Below, one piece after another: positions 9,920-20,971 of a stretch of 64,000 nucleotides of DNA. The translations under genes were made by a program, and so were the position numbers. The DNA lies in assembly GCA_965279035.1 (NCBI GenBank), contig OZ257142.1:1216001-1280000 (forward strand), written 5' to 3'. Position 1 is the stretch's first letter, and every line of letters begins with the position of its first letter. Under the pieces are notes generated by a model, which was not told the DNA's origin, made no database searches, and saw only the letters and a list, made by a program, of their open reading frames with translations. This DNA comes from Bacteroidia bacterium (lineage in GTDB: Bacteria; Bacteroidota; Bacteroidia; M30B66).

Positions 9920-10678
9920 TCAATAATAAAAGAAATCGGTCGAAGGTGCTTTATAAATCGGTAAAACCCAACCAAATCGAAATCCTAATGAGCCATCGTT
10001 TCGAATAGTATTATCGTGCAATCCGGTATTGTAATTAAATGAGCGACGATTTTCGTTTCGTGCATACAGATATTCAATTTGTACAAAGAAGTTAATCGTG
10101 CGATTATTACTCAGAAATAAATAGCCCAATGCCGGATTTATGGACCATCCATTACTTAATTGATCATATCCTTTTACATATTCTTTAGTAAGTGGCGGAA
10201 CATTCGCGTTGCGTTCAGTATCAATTCGAATTTTATGTTGAAGAAAGCCCATTCCCAATGTTGCATAAACTCCACAATTTTTATTTGGTCCTCCAATGGG
10301 AAATACTTTACCAATGCGGGCGTCAAACTGAATTCCTCGCATTAAATATTTGGCTTCATACAAGGTTCCATCTGCTCCAATAACAAATCCGTCATCAACT
10401 ATTATATTACTGAGCATGTCTTTTTGCTTGACGATTCCTCCAAAGAGGAAATTCCCATTTACTCCCCAAATAAGCCCTGAGCGTTGTTTTCTTAAATAAG
10501 CTAAACCAACAGAACTAAAATCTCCAAAACGTTTGGCAAGATCAGCAGTCGGAATTTGCCATGCATAACTCACATTCACCGTTGAAAATGAAAGAAGAGA
10601 ATCTTTCACATTCACTTGAGAATATAATGAGTATGAGGAAATTAAAATTGAAAAAAGGACGAGTGAAATTCTCTTCAT
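9920..10678 (-). CDS. Hypothetical outer-membrane protein
   Basis: Signal peptide (YS-Q); amphipathic strands ending LGFRFGWVLPIY; start at ATG 10678 with TATCTTTG 6 nt upstream. Confidence 0.6.
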   Translation of the reverse strand: MKRISLVLFSILISSYSLYSQVNVKDSLLSFSTVNVSYAWQIPTADLAKRFGDFSSVGLAYLRKQRSGLIWGVNGNFLFGGIVKQKDMLSNIIVDDGFVIGADGTLYEAKYLMRGIQFDARIGKVFPIGGPNKNCGVYATLGMGFLQHKIRIDTERNANVPPLTKEYVKGYDQLSNGWSINPALGYLFLSNNRTINFFVQIEYLYARNENRRSFNYNTGLHDNTIRNDGSLGFRFGWVLPIYKAPSTDFFYY

Positions 10679-10766
10679 GTTGGGCAAAGATATCGAGATT
10701 GTGAACGTTGATGTTAAACGAAAGCTGATCTCTTAAAATATGTATCTTCGCACAAATTTTTTTAGC

Positions 10767-11900
10767 TTGGAAAAGATTCAAATGGTTGACCTGAAAGCTC
10801 AGTATCGGCGCATCAAAGCCGAGGTTGATCAAGCAATTCAGGAAGTAATCGACACGACTACATTTATCAATGGACCAGCAGTTCATGAATTTCAAAAGGA
10901 CCTTGAAAATTATTTAGGAGTAAAGCATGTGATTCCCTGTGCAAACGGAACGGATGCTCTTCAAATCGCGATGATGGCACTCGGCTTTAAACCGGGCGAT
11001 GAAGTAATTACTGCGAGTTTCACGTATGTAGCAACGGCCGAAGTCATTGCTTTACTTGGACTCAAGCCTGTTTTAGTTGATGTTGATCCTCAAACCTTCA
11101 ACATTGATCCTCAAGCACTGGAAAAAGCGATCACAAGTAAAACTGTTGCGATTGTTCCTGTTCATTTATTCGGTCAATGTGCCGATATGGACAAGATTAT
11201 GGAAATCGCTGCAAGACACAACATATATGTAATTGAAGATACAGCTCAAGCAATTGGAGCTGAATACACTTCCAAAGATGGTTCGGTAAAAAAAGCTGGA
11301 ACCATAGGAACCATCGGAGCTACATCATTTTTTCCTTCAAAAAACCTAGGATGTTATGGCGATGGTGGAGCTCTTTATACCAATGATGATAAATTGGCAG
11401 AACGCCTTCGAATGATTGCGAATCATGGTCAGCGCGTTCGTTATTATCACGATGATATTGGTGTGAATTCACGACTTGACTCCATTCAAGCTGCCATTCT
11501 TAGAGTTAAACTGCGCGAATTAGATCATTATGCTGCTGCTCGCCAGAAATTGGCTGATGCATATGATGCCGCATTTGCACAAACAGGAAAATTAATCACA
11601 CCAGTTAGAGCTACAAATTCAACTCACGTATTTCATCAATATACCTTGCAAGTGAATGGAGTTGATCGGGATAAAATGAGGGAATTCCTCGAATCGAAAG
11701 GCGTTCCAGCTATGATTTATTACCCTGTTCCATTGCATATGCAAAAAGCCTATCTCGATCCTCGTTATAAGGCGGGCGATTTTCCAGTAACAGAAAAGCT
11801 TTGCTCAACTGTGATTTCACTACCTATGCATACAGAAATGCAAAACGATCAATTGGAATTGATTATTTCTTCTGTTCTCGAATTCATCAAGTCAAACTGA
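10767..11900 (+). CDS. DegT/DnrJ/EryC1/StrS sugar aminotransferase (WbpE-like)
   Basis: ANGTDAL, VHLFGQ, IEDTAQA, SFFPSKNLGCYGDGG (PLP lysine), NSRLD; start uncertain (TTG 10767 or ATG 10782). Confidence 0.93.
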   Translation: MEKIQMVDLKAQYRRIKAEVDQAIQEVIDTTTFINGPAVHEFQKDLENYLGVKHVIPCANGTDALQIAMMALGFKPGDEVITASFTYVATAEVIALLGLKPVLVDVDPQTFNIDPQALEKAITSKTVAIVPVHLFGQCADMDKIMEIAARHNIYVIEDTAQAIGAEYTSKDGSVKKAGTIGTIGATSFFPSKNLGCYGDGGALYTNDDKLAERLRMIANHGQRVRYYHDDIGVNSRLDSIQAAILRVKLRELDHYAAARQKLADAYDAAFAQTGKLITPVRATNSTHVFHQYTLQVNGVDRDKMREFLESKGVPAMIYYPVPLHMQKAYLDPRYKAGDFPVTEKLCSTVISLPMHTEMQNDQLELIISSVLEFIKSN

Positions 11901-11901
11901 T

Positions 11902-13224
11902 ATGAAAAATATCGCTGTAATAGGTACCGGTTATGTTGGACTGGTTACTGGCACTTGTCTCGCCGAAACTGGAAACAATGTTATTTGTGTTGACATTGAT
12001 AAAGATAAAATAGCCAAACTCAAGAAAGGCACTGTTACTATTTATGAGCCTCAATTGGATGTGGTTTTTGAACGTAACTTAAAGCAAGGCCGTTTACATT
12101 TTACAACCGACTTAAAAGAAGCTATTGATGCTTCCGAATTGGTTTTTCTTGCTTTACCAACACCTCCTGGTGAAGATGGTTCTGCCGATTTATCCTATAT
12201 TCTTGGAGTTTCAGAAAATATTGGTCACCTTTTGACTGATTCCTATAAAATCATCATAGATAAAAGTACCGTTCCTGTTGGAACTGCCGAAAAAGTTCAC
12301 AAGGCTTTAGCTAAGAATGCAAAAGCAGAATTTGATGTAGTTTCAAATCCAGAATTTTTGCGTGAAGGTTTTGCGGTTGAAGATTTCATGAAACCCGATC
12401 GTGTAGTGATTGGAACTTCTTCATCGCGTGCTCGCAAAATCATGGAAGAATTATACTTGCCTTTTGTTCGTCAAGGAAATCCTATCCTTTTTATGGATGA
12501 GCGTTCGGCCGAGTTGACTAAATACGCTGCGAATTCTTTTCTCGCAACCAAAATCTCGTTCATGAATGAGATTGCCAATTTGTGCGAGTTACTCGGTGCT
12601 GATGTTGATCAAGTACGAATGGGAATTGGTTCGGATGAACGTATTGGTAAACGATTCCTTTTTCCAGGTATCGGTTACGGAGGAAGTTGTTTCCCGAAAG
12701 ATGTTCAAGCATTGGTGAAATCGGCGAGTGATGTGAATTACAATTTCAGCATTTTGCATTCGGTGATGGAAGTCAACGAAAAGCAAAAGGTGAAGTTGAT
12801 GCCTAAAATCAATAAGTTCTTCAACAATGAATTAAAAGGGAAGCGCATTGCTTTATGGGGATTGGCTTTCAAACCCGACACAGACGATATTCGCGAAGCT
12901 CCAGCACTTTATATTATTGATGATTTGCTTGCTGCAGGAGCTCAAGTGATAGCATATGATCCAGAAGCTATGGATAATGTGAAACGGCTTGGGAAAAAAA
13001 TTGAGTTTGCAAAAGGGCAATACGAAGCACTTGAAGGAGCTGATGCTTTGGTAATATGTACCGAATGGGCAGCATTTCGGACTCCCGATTTCGACAAAAT
13101 GATTTCTCTCATTAAGCATAAAGTAATTTTTGATGGGCGGAATCTCTATTCAATCGATCAAATCAAAAAATTAGGCCTAAGCTATTTCAGTATCGGTCGT
13201 AAATCTGTTCGCAAAGCAAAATGA
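11902..13224 (+). CDS. ugd: UDP-glucose 6-dehydrogenase
   Basis: [45 protein letters not shown]. Confidence 0.93.
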   Translation: MKNIAVIGTGYVGLVTGTCLAETGNNVICVDIDKDKIAKLKKGTVTIYEPQLDVVFERNLKQGRLHFTTDLKEAIDASELVFLALPTPPGEDGSADLSYILGVSENIGHLLTDSYKIIIDKSTVPVGTAEKVHKALAKNAKAEFDVVSNPEFLREGFAVEDFMKPDRVVIGTSSSRARKIMEELYLPFVRQGNPILFMDERSAELTKYAANSFLATKISFMNEIANLCELLGADVDQVRMGIGSDERIGKRFLFPGIGYGGSCFPKDVQALVKSASDVNYNFSILHSVMEVNEKQKVKLMPKINKFFNNELKGKRIALWGLAFKPDTDDIREAPALYIIDDLLAAGAQVIAYDPEAMDNVKRLGKKIEFAKGQYEALEGADALVICTEWAAFRTPDFDKMISLIKHKVIFDGRNLYSIDQIKKLGLSYFSIGRKSVRKAK

Positions 13225-14207
13225 AACACGATATCAGAGGTAAACGCGTCCTAATTACAGGTGCAGCAGGATTTTTAGGTTCACATTTGTGTGATCGTTT
13301 CATGGCAGAAGGCTGTTATGTTGTTGGTATGGATAACCTGATTACAGGAAGTCTTCAAAATATCGAGCATCTCTTTAAAGAAGAACGTTTCGAATTTTAC
13401 CATCACGATATTTCCAAATTCGTTTTCGTTCCCGGAAACATCGATTATATCTTGCATTTCGCTTCACCTGCGAGTCCGATAGATTACCTTAAAATTCCCA
13501 TTCAAACTTTGAAAGTAGGTTCTTTAGGAACACACAATCTTCTTGGTTTAGCTCGTGTGAAAGGCGCTCGGATGATTATTGCATCCACTTCTGAAGTATA
13601 TGGTGATCCAACTATTCATCCTCAAACCGAAGATTATTGGGGGAATGTAAATCCCATTGGTCCACGTGGAGTTTACGATGAAGCAAAACGTTTTCAAGAA
13701 GCTATCACCATGGCTTATCATACATTTCATGGTGTAGAAACCCGAATCGTTCGTATTTTCAATACCTACGGACCACGTATGCGACTCAATGATGGACGCG
13801 CTCTTCCTGCTTTTATGGGACAGGCTTTACGTGGCGAAGATATTACCGTGTTTGGTGATGGTAGTCAAACTCGCTCGTTTTGTTATGTGGATGATTTAAT
13901 CGAAGGCATCTACCGTTTGCTTTTAAGCGATTATGCATTCCCAGTAAACATTGGTAATCCGGATGAAATTAGCATTCGTGATTTTGCTGAGGAAATTATC
14001 AAACTTACCGGTACAGATCAGAAAATAGTTTACAAACCGTTGCCTCAAGACGATCCCAAACAACGTCAACCCGATATTACAAAAGCGCGCGAAATTCTAG
14101 GTTGGGAACCAAAAGTGCCACGCAGCGAAGGAATGAAACATACTTGGGATTATTTTAAAGCGCTACCTGAGTGGATTATTACTCCACGTAGTTTTACTTC
14201 TGCTTGA
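13221..14207 (+). CDS. UDP-glucuronate decarboxylase (UDP-xylose synthase family)
   Basis: [54 protein letters not shown]. Confidence 0.92.
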   Translation: MKHDIRGKRVLITGAAGFLGSHLCDRFMAEGCYVVGMDNLITGSLQNIEHLFKEERFEFYHHDISKFVFVPGNIDYILHFASPASPIDYLKIPIQTLKVGSLGTHNLLGLARVKGARMIIASTSEVYGDPTIHPQTEDYWGNVNPIGPRGVYDEAKRFQEAITMAYHTFHGVETRIVRIFNTYGPRMRLNDGRALPAFMGQALRGEDITVFGDGSQTRSFCYVDDLIEGIYRLLLSDYAFPVNIGNPDEISIRDFAEEIIKLTGTDQKIVYKPLPQDDPKQRQPDITKAREILGWEPKVPRSEGMKHTWDYFKALPEWIITPRSFTSA

Positions 14208-14212
14208 TCTAT

Positions 14213-14791
14213 ATGGATTATTACGCTCATCCAACTGCTATTATTGATGAAGGTTGTATCATTGGAAAAGGTACTAAAATCTGGCATTTTGCTCATGTAA
14301 TGCCCAATTGTAGGTTGGGTGAAAATTGCAATCTGGGTCAAAATGTTGTGATCTCTCCACAGGTAGTCTTAGGCAATAATGTTAAAGTTCAAAATAACGT
14401 CTCAATTTATACGGGTGTTATTTGTGATGATGATGTATTTCTAGGACCATCCATGGTTTTTACAAATGTGATCAATCCTAGAAGTGCAGTGAATAGACGC
14501 GATCAATACCTTAAAACACATGTTGGTCGTGGAGCTTCCATTGGTGCAAATGCTACCATTGTTTGTGGTCACGACATCGGCGAATTTGCTTTTATTGGCG
14601 CAGGTGCCGTTGTCACAAAGACAGTTCCTGCCTACGCTTTGGTTATTGGAAATCCCGCTCGTCAAACTGGATGGATGAGCACCTATGGACATAAGCTGAA
14701 ATTCAATGAACAAGGAATTGCCATTTGTCCCGAAAGTGGTGAGAACTATAAGCTCCAAAATGGCGCTGTTACAAATCTCGGTAAACAATGA
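14213..14791 (+). CDS. Hexapeptide-repeat N-acetyltransferase (WbpD-like)
   Basis: [43 protein letters not shown]. Confidence 0.9.
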   Translation: MDYYAHPTAIIDEGCIIGKGTKIWHFAHVMPNCRLGENCNLGQNVVISPQVVLGNNVKVQNNVSIYTGVICDDDVFLGPSMVFTNVINPRSAVNRRDQYLKTHVGRGASIGANATIVCGHDIGEFAFIGAGAVVTKTVPAYALVIGNPARQTGWMSTYGHKLKFNEQGIAICPESGENYKLQNGAVTNLGKQ

Positions 14792-15822
14792 TTTTGAACA
14801 ATAAAGTAAAATTTGCAGTCATCGGTGCAGGTCATATTGGTAAGCGTCATGCTGAAATGATTTTGCGAAATCCAGAAGCTGAACTTGTTGCCATTTGTGA
14901 TATTCTTCCTAAAGAAAATTTAGGGCTTGATGCTTTTGATGTTCCATATTTCGATTCTGCTGAAGCGATGTTTCAAGCAGGACTTGATTTCGATGTTGTG
15001 AATGTTTGTTCTCCCAATGGTTTACATTCCAAACATGCTATTTTAGCATTGGAAAATAGAAAACACATTGTGTGTGAAAAACCAATGGGACTTTCCAAAG
15101 CGGAATGCGAAAATGTTATTTACACGGCACTTCGCGTTTCTCGTCAAGTGTTTTGTGTGATGCAAAACCGCTATTCACCACCATCTATCTGGATTAAGGA
15201 TGTTATTGAACGGCGCTTATTGGGCGAAATATTCATGGTTCAATTAAACTGCTATTGGAATCGCGACGATCGATATTATAAAAAAGGCTCTTGGAAAGGA
15301 ACACCTGATTTAGATGGCGGAACCCTCTTTACACAGTTCAGTCATTTTATCGATATCATGTTTTGGCTCTTTGGTGATATCAAAGACATTCAAGCGAAAT
15401 TCAACGACTTCAACCATCAAAATTCAACAGCATTTGAAGATTCGGGTTTTGTTACTTTCAATTTCCACAATGGTGGGATGGGAGCTATAAATTACTCTAC
15501 CTCAGTTTGGGATTCGAATCTCGAAAGCTCTATTACCATCATTGGTGAAAAAGGAAGCATTAAGATTGGCGGTCAATACATGAATGAAGTGGAGTATTGT
15601 CACATCAAAGATTACGAAATGCCTCAACTAGCTCCTGCGAATCCAGCTAACGATTACGGAGCATACAAAGGTTCGGCAGCCAATCATCATTACATAATTC
15701 AAAATGTGATTGATACACTTAAAGGACATACAAGCGCTACAACTAACGCTATGGAAGGACTTAAAGTAGTTGAAATCATTGAACGCATATACGAGTTACG
15801 CACATTAAAAAAATTACAATGA
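14788..15822 (+). CDS. Gfo/Idh/MocA oxidoreductase (WbpB-like sugar 3-dehydrogenase)
   Basis: GAGHIG, CSPNGLH, CEKPM, WNR...YY....WKG...DGG. Confidence 0.88.
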   Translation: MILNNKVKFAVIGAGHIGKRHAEMILRNPEAELVAICDILPKENLGLDAFDVPYFDSAEAMFQAGLDFDVVNVCSPNGLHSKHAILALENRKHIVCEKPMGLSKAECENVIYTALRVSRQVFCVMQNRYSPPSIWIKDVIERRLLGEIFMVQLNCYWNRDDRYYKKGSWKGTPDLDGGTLFTQFSHFIDIMFWLFGDIKDIQAKFNDFNHQNSTAFEDSGFVTFNFHNGGMGAINYSTSVWDSNLESSITIIGEKGSIKIGGQYMNEVEYCHIKDYEMPQLAPANPANDYGAYKGSAANHHYIIQNVIDTLKGHTSATTNAMEGLKVVEIIERIYELRTLKKLQ

Positions 15823-17117
15823 GTTCTATCTACCAGAATCTTATTGAGAAGAAAGATTCTCTTGCCGTTGTTGGTCTTGGTTATGTTGGTTTGCCTATTG
15901 CCCTTGAGTTTGCGCGCAATATTCAAGTAATTGGATTTGATATCAACGAATCTCGCGTTGAAAAAATGCGAAATCGAATCGATCCCAGTGAAGAATTAAG
16001 TGCTGAAGAATTCGATGGATGTGATATCACTTTTACAGCAGATTCTGAAGTTCTAAGGAAAGCACGTTTTTTCATCGTAGCAGTTCCTACTCCAATCGAT
16101 GAACACAATCTTCCGGATTTAAAACCACTTTTATCGGCAACACGTTCGGTAGCTTCGGCGTTAAAAAAAGGTGATTATGTTGTCTACGAATCAACCGTTT
16201 ATCCTGGATGTACAGAGGAAGATTGTATTCCTCTTCTTGAGCAAATCTCAGGATTGAAATTCAATGAGGATTTCAAAGTGGGTTATTCTCCCGAACGAAT
16301 CAATCCGGGCGATCGTGAACATACATTAGCTAAAATCATCAAGGTTGTTAGTGGTTGTGATGCTGAATCGCTTGATAACATTGCTAAAACCTACGAAATA
16401 GTTGTAAAAGCAGGTGTTCACCGTGCTGCATCTATTAAAGTGGCCGAAGCAGCTAAAATTATTGAAAACACGCAACGCGATTTGAACATTGCATTGATGA
16501 ACGAATTGTCCATGATTTTTGGCCAAATGGGAATCAATACATATGATGTTCTTGAAGCTGCTGGTACCAAATGGAATTTCCTTCGATTCCTTCCCGGTTT
16601 AGTTGGCGGACATTGCATTGGTGTGGATCCATATTACCTCACTTTCAAAGCGAAAGAAGTTGGTCATAATGCTCAAGTTATCCTTGCAGGTCGTTCGGTT
16701 AACGATGGAATGGGAGCTTATGTAGCCGGTAAAGTGGTGAAGAAAATGGTGGCTCAAGGTGTTGACATTGCCAAAGGTCGCGTATTGATTATGGGCGCTA
16801 CGTTCAAAGAAAATGTTTCGGATATTCGGAATTCTAAAGTAGCTGATGTAGTCAAAGAATTTATCGAGTTTGGTGTTCATGTCGATATTATTGATCCTCA
16901 TGCGAGCTCTGAAGAATTTCAACATGAATACGGATTTGAAATTGTTCAAAATGCAAATGGGATATACGATGCTATTGTTGTAGCCGTTAATCATACCGAT
17001 TACGTGGGTTTACCCGAATCTTATTTCTCAAACCTTTTAACCAAACAAGGAATCGTCGCCGACATCAAAGGTGTTTACCGCGGGAAATTAACGCAGATTA
17101 AGTATTGGAGTTTATAA
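15819..17117 (+). CDS. UDP-N-acetylhexosamine 6-dehydrogenase (WbpA/TviB-like)
   Basis: GLGYVGLP, YESTVYPG, YSPERINPGD, ENTQRD.NIA, GGHCIGVDPYY. Confidence 0.92.
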   Translation: MSSIYQNLIEKKDSLAVVGLGYVGLPIALEFARNIQVIGFDINESRVEKMRNRIDPSEELSAEEFDGCDITFTADSEVLRKARFFIVAVPTPIDEHNLPDLKPLLSATRSVASALKKGDYVVYESTVYPGCTEEDCIPLLEQISGLKFNEDFKVGYSPERINPGDREHTLAKIIKVVSGCDAESLDNIAKTYEIVVKAGVHRAASIKVAEAAKIIENTQRDLNIALMNELSMIFGQMGINTYDVLEAAGTKWNFLRFLPGLVGGHCIGVDPYYLTFKAKEVGHNAQVILAGRSVNDGMGAYVAGKVVKKMVAQGVDIAKGRVLIMGATFKENVSDIRNSKVADVVKEFIEFGVHVDIIDPHASSEEFQHEYGFEIVQNANGIYDAIVVAVNHTDYVGLPESYFSNLLTKQGIVADIKGVYRGKLTQIKYWSL

Positions 17118-17118
17118 A

Positions 17119-18153
17119 ATGAATCAAGCTTTACCATGCATACTTGTTACCGGAGGAATGGGATACATCGGATCTCATACTGTCGTTGCCTTATTTAATC
17201 AAGGGTATGATGTGGTAATTGCCGATAATCTGTGTAATTCAAATCTTTTTATTCTTGATAGAATTGAATCGATTTCTGGAAAGCGTCCCCGATATTATCA
17301 GATAGATTTATGTGATAAGCCAGCTGTATCAGACCTTTTCCAAAAAGAAACTTCGATTAAAGCAGTCATTCATTTTGCAGCCTTAAAAGCAGTAGGTGAA
17401 TCGGTAAAATTCCCCATGCTTTATTACCGCAATAATATTGGCTCATTAATCACTTTGTTAGAAGTGATGGAAGCTAACGCGGTAAAAAACATCGTGTTTT
17501 CATCTAGCTGTACAGTGTATGGAGAACCAGATTTATTGCCTGTAACTGAAAATACCCCTATTAAAGCAGCACTTTCTCCGTATGGAAATACGAAACAAAT
17601 AGGGGAAGAAATTTTAGTAGATCAAGCAAAAGCGGCCAATACACATTGCATTGCATTACGTTATTTCAATCCTGTTGGAGCTCATAGTTCAGCCTTAATA
17701 GGAGAATTTCCCAATGGAACTCCTAATAATCTAGTTCCATTTATCACGCAATCGGCCATTGGAAAACTTGGTCCTTTGAATGTTTTTGGTAACAACTACA
17801 ATACTCCCGACGGTACTTGCATTCGCGATTATATTCATGTTGAGGACGTTGCTAGTGCTCATGTTGCTGCCATGAATCGTTTACTCAAAGGCAATCAAGC
17901 AGAAAATTTCGAAGTGTTCAATATTGGGACTGGACAGGGAAATACAGTGTTGGAAGTGATTCAAGCATTTGAGAAAACTAGTGGAACAAAACTACAATAC
18001 ACGATATGTGATCGCAGGGAAGGTGACATTGAAAAAGTATTTGCCGATACAACGCGTTCAAATGAAATCCTCGGCTGGAAAGCTGAAAAAAATATCCAAG
18101 AAATGATGGCTTCGGCTTGGGCTTGGGAAAAACAATTATCGAATAATCCTTGA
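17119..18153 (+). CDS. galE: UDP-glucose 4-epimerase
   Basis: GGMGYIGSHT, HFAALKAVGES, YGNTK, LRYFNPVGAH, DGTCIRDYIHV. Confidence 0.95.
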   Translation: MNQALPCILVTGGMGYIGSHTVVALFNQGYDVVIADNLCNSNLFILDRIESISGKRPRYYQIDLCDKPAVSDLFQKETSIKAVIHFAALKAVGESVKFPMLYYRNNIGSLITLLEVMEANAVKNIVFSSSCTVYGEPDLLPVTENTPIKAALSPYGNTKQIGEEILVDQAKAANTHCIALRYFNPVGAHSSALIGEFPNGTPNNLVPFITQSAIGKLGPLNVFGNNYNTPDGTCIRDYIHVEDVASAHVAAMNRLLKGNQAENFEVFNIGTGQGNTVLEVIQAFEKTSGTKLQYTICDRREGDIEKVFADTTRSNEILGWKAEKNIQEMMASAWAWEKQLSNNP

Positions 18154-18155
18154 TT

Positions 18156-19214
18156 ATGGAACATAGAAAACTTCTGATCACTGGTGGTGCCGGCTTTATC
18201 GGTTCTCATGTTGTAAGACGCTTCGTGAAAAATTATCCTAACTACGAGATCTACAATCTCGATAAGCTCACCTATGCGGGTAATTTGATGAATCTAAAAG
18301 ACATCGAAGATTCTCCAAACTACCATTTTATTAAAGGAGATATTGTGGATGATGATTTCATTACACAGCTCTTTGAAGAACATCAATTTGATGGAGTAGT
18401 TCATCTTGCAGCCGAGTCGCACGTTGATCGCTCAATTAGCAATCCAACCGAGTTTATTCGAACCAATGTTTTAGGTACTGTGAATCTTCTCAATGCAGCA
18501 AAAAGCATCTGGAAAGGAAACATGGATGGAAAACGTTTCTATCATATTTCTACCGATGAAGTTTATGGATCTTTAGGTGAAACTGGCTTCTTTACTGAAG
18601 AAACGAAATACGATCCGCGATCACCATATTCTTCTTCTAAAGCAAGTAGCGACCATTTGGTGAGAGCCTATTTCCACACTTTCGATTTGCCTGTTGTCGT
18701 TTCGAATTGTTCCAATAATTATGGATCATTTCATTTTCCTGAAAAGCTGATTCCTCTGGCTATTAATAATATCAAACATTTGCGTCCAATTCCTGTTTAT
18801 GGTGCTGGCGACAATATCCGTGATTGGCTCTTTGTTGAAGATCACGCTCGTGCAATTGATCTTATCTTTCATCAAGGTCGTTCTGGTGAAACATACAATA
18901 TTGGTGGTAACAACGAATGGACAAACATCGATCTGATTAACAAGCTGTGTCAGATCATGGATGAGAAAATGAATAGAGATCCCGGAACTTCTGCTCGCTT
19001 GATTACATTTGTGAAAGATCGTGCAGGTCATGATCATCGTTATGCTATCGATTTTACCAAGCTAAAAAACGAACTGGGCTGGGAGCCTTCTCTTCAATTT
19101 GAAGAAGGTCTCCGTCGAACAGTAGAGTGGTATTTAACAAATGAAGAATGGCTCAATGCCGTAACTTCAGGAGATTATCAACACTATTACAATTCTCAGT
19201 ACGAAAAGCGTTAA
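18156..19214 (+). CDS. rfbB: dTDP-glucose 4,6-dehydratase
   Basis: DKLTYAGN, HLAAESHVDRSI, HISTDEVYG, PYSSSKA, DRAGHD.RYA. Confidence 0.95.
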   Translation: MEHRKLLITGGAGFIGSHVVRRFVKNYPNYEIYNLDKLTYAGNLMNLKDIEDSPNYHFIKGDIVDDDFITQLFEEHQFDGVVHLAAESHVDRSISNPTEFIRTNVLGTVNLLNAAKSIWKGNMDGKRFYHISTDEVYGSLGETGFFTEETKYDPRSPYSSSKASSDHLVRAYFHTFDLPVVVSNCSNNYGSFHFPEKLIPLAINNIKHLRPIPVYGAGDNIRDWLFVEDHARAIDLIFHQGRSGETYNIGGNNEWTNIDLINKLCQIMDEKMNRDPGTSARLITFVKDRAGHDHRYAIDFTKLKNELGWEPSLQFEEGLRRTVEWYLTNEEWLNAVTSGDYQHYYNSQYEKR

Positions 19215-19227
19215 TCCCAATCCGTTC

Positions 19228-20226
19228 ATGTATCAACATGTTCGCTTCCATTCAGATGAAGCTAATTTCCGTAACTCAGTTTTTCTCGTAACAGGAGGAG
19301 CTGGATTTATTGGCTCTCATATAGTCGATTATCTCCTCGAACACGGAGCTTTACAAGTGCGTGTTGTTGATAATCTTTCGGAAGGAAGAATTGATAATAT
19401 CAGCCATTGGTTAAATGATGATCGTTTTGTCTATTACGAAGGTGATATCTGCGATCAAGCGCTTATGGAGAAGGCCATGGCTGGAGTTCATTATGTTTCT
19501 CACCAAGCGGCTCTTGGTTCCGTACCTCGTTCCATAAAAACACCTCAATTAACAAACGAGGCCAATGTTACTGGATTTCTCTCAGTCATTGATCATGCGC
19601 GTAGAGCAGGAGTGACGCGTATGGTTTACGCAAGTTCTTCCAGTGTTTACGGTGATCACCCCGTTTTACCCAAAGTGGAAAATCAAATCGGAAATCCGCT
19701 TTCTCCATACGCTGTTACAAAACGAGTAAATGAATTGTATGCAGACGTTTTTGGTAGAACCTACGGACTTCAAATTTGTGGATTACGTTACTTCAACATC
19801 TTCGGCCCACGCCAAAAACCGGATGGACCTTATGCTGCTGTAATTCCCTTGTTTATTCAGTCCATTATGAATTCTGCTCCAGCATATATGAACGGAGATG
19901 GTGGACAAACACGCGATTTCACCTATGTAGAAAATGCTGTTCAAGCTAATGTGCGTGCCTTATTTACTGAGCATCCCGAAGCAATGGGAAAAGTGTATAA
20001 TGTAGCTGTAGGTGAACGTGTTTCGGTTCTTGAAATGTATGATATACTTCGTTCCTATGCTGGACAAGGATTAGATCCTTTTCATCGAGAAGAAAGAGAA
20101 GGGGATATTCGAGATTCTTTAGCGGATATTCAATTAGCAAAAACTTTTTTAGGTTACGATCCTTTAGTTAAAATGAAAGAAGGCCTCCAAAAAACCTTGG
20201 AAGCATTTCGAATAGAGCATTTATAA
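19228..20226 (+). CDS. UDP-GlcNAc(A) C4-epimerase (WbpP/TviC-like SDR)
   Basis: HQAALGSVPRS, YASSSSVYGD, SPYAVTK, LRYFNIFGPRQ.P.GPYAAVIP. Confidence 0.88.
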   Translation: MYQHVRFHSDEANFRNSVFLVTGGAGFIGSHIVDYLLEHGALQVRVVDNLSEGRIDNISHWLNDDRFVYYEGDICDQALMEKAMAGVHYVSHQAALGSVPRSIKTPQLTNEANVTGFLSVIDHARRAGVTRMVYASSSSVYGDHPVLPKVENQIGNPLSPYAVTKRVNELYADVFGRTYGLQICGLRYFNIFGPRQKPDGPYAAVIPLFIQSIMNSAPAYMNGDGGQTRDFTYVENAVQANVRALFTEHPEAMGKVYNVAVGERVSVLEMYDILRSYAGQGLDPFHREEREGDIRDSLADIQLAKTFLGYDPLVKMKEGLQKTLEAFRIEHL

Positions 20227-20227
20227 T

Positions 20228-20968
20228 ATGGGTTGGCTTAGTTCTATTTTCGGTTCAGGGCAGTCATTAGGCGATTTGAGTGTTTTAAAAACAGACATTC
20301 ATTCTCACCTCATTCCCGGAATTGACGATGGCTCAACCGATATAGAAGACAGCATGAACCTTGTTCGTGGACTTCATTCTCTGGGTTATTCCAAAATCAT
20401 TACTACGCCACACATCATGAGTGATTTTTATCGGAATACTCCGGAAATCATTCTCTCAGGATTGGAAAAAGTAAGAGAAGCTATTGCAAAAGAAGGGATT
20501 CCCGTTGAAATCGAAGCCGCGGCCGAATATTATTGCGATCATGCTTTTGAAAAGATGATTGACGATAAAAACCTGCTCACTTTTGGTGGAAAATATGTTC
20601 TCGTTGAATTGTCCTACCTCAATCCAACAGATAGCTTTGAAACAGTTACGTTCAAGTTGCAGATGGAAGGTTATACCGTTGTTTTAGCTCATCCAGAACG
20701 TTATCCATACTGGTATCAAAGCTTTAATAAGTACGAAGAATTACGTGATAAAGGAGTTCTACTTCAAGTGAATCTTGCGTCGCTAACTGGCCATTATGGT
20801 TCTGTTGCCAAACGCATTTCAGAACGCTTGATAGAACAAAATATGGTGAGCATGCTTGGTACAGACACGCATAAAATGAGTCACATCGAGGTGTTTCGTA
20901 AATCATTGAAAGAACCGATTCTTCGAAAACTTATTGAATCTGGATCTTTGCTGAACGATTCGCTCTAA
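20228..20968 (+). CDS. PHP-family tyrosine phosphatase (CpsB/YwqE-like)
   Basis: DIHSHLIPGIDDG, TTPH, LAHPERY, GTDTH. Confidence 0.92.
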   Translation: MGWLSSIFGSGQSLGDLSVLKTDIHSHLIPGIDDGSTDIEDSMNLVRGLHSLGYSKIITTPHIMSDFYRNTPEIILSGLEKVREAIAKEGIPVEIEAAAEYYCDHAFEKMIDDKNLLTFGGKYVLVELSYLNPTDSFETVTFKLQMEGYTVVLAHPERYPYWYQSFNKYEELRDKGVLLQVNLASLTGHYGSVAKRISERLIEQNMVSMLGTDTHKMSHIEVFRKSLKEPILRKLIESGSLLNDSL

Positions 20969-20971
20969 GAA

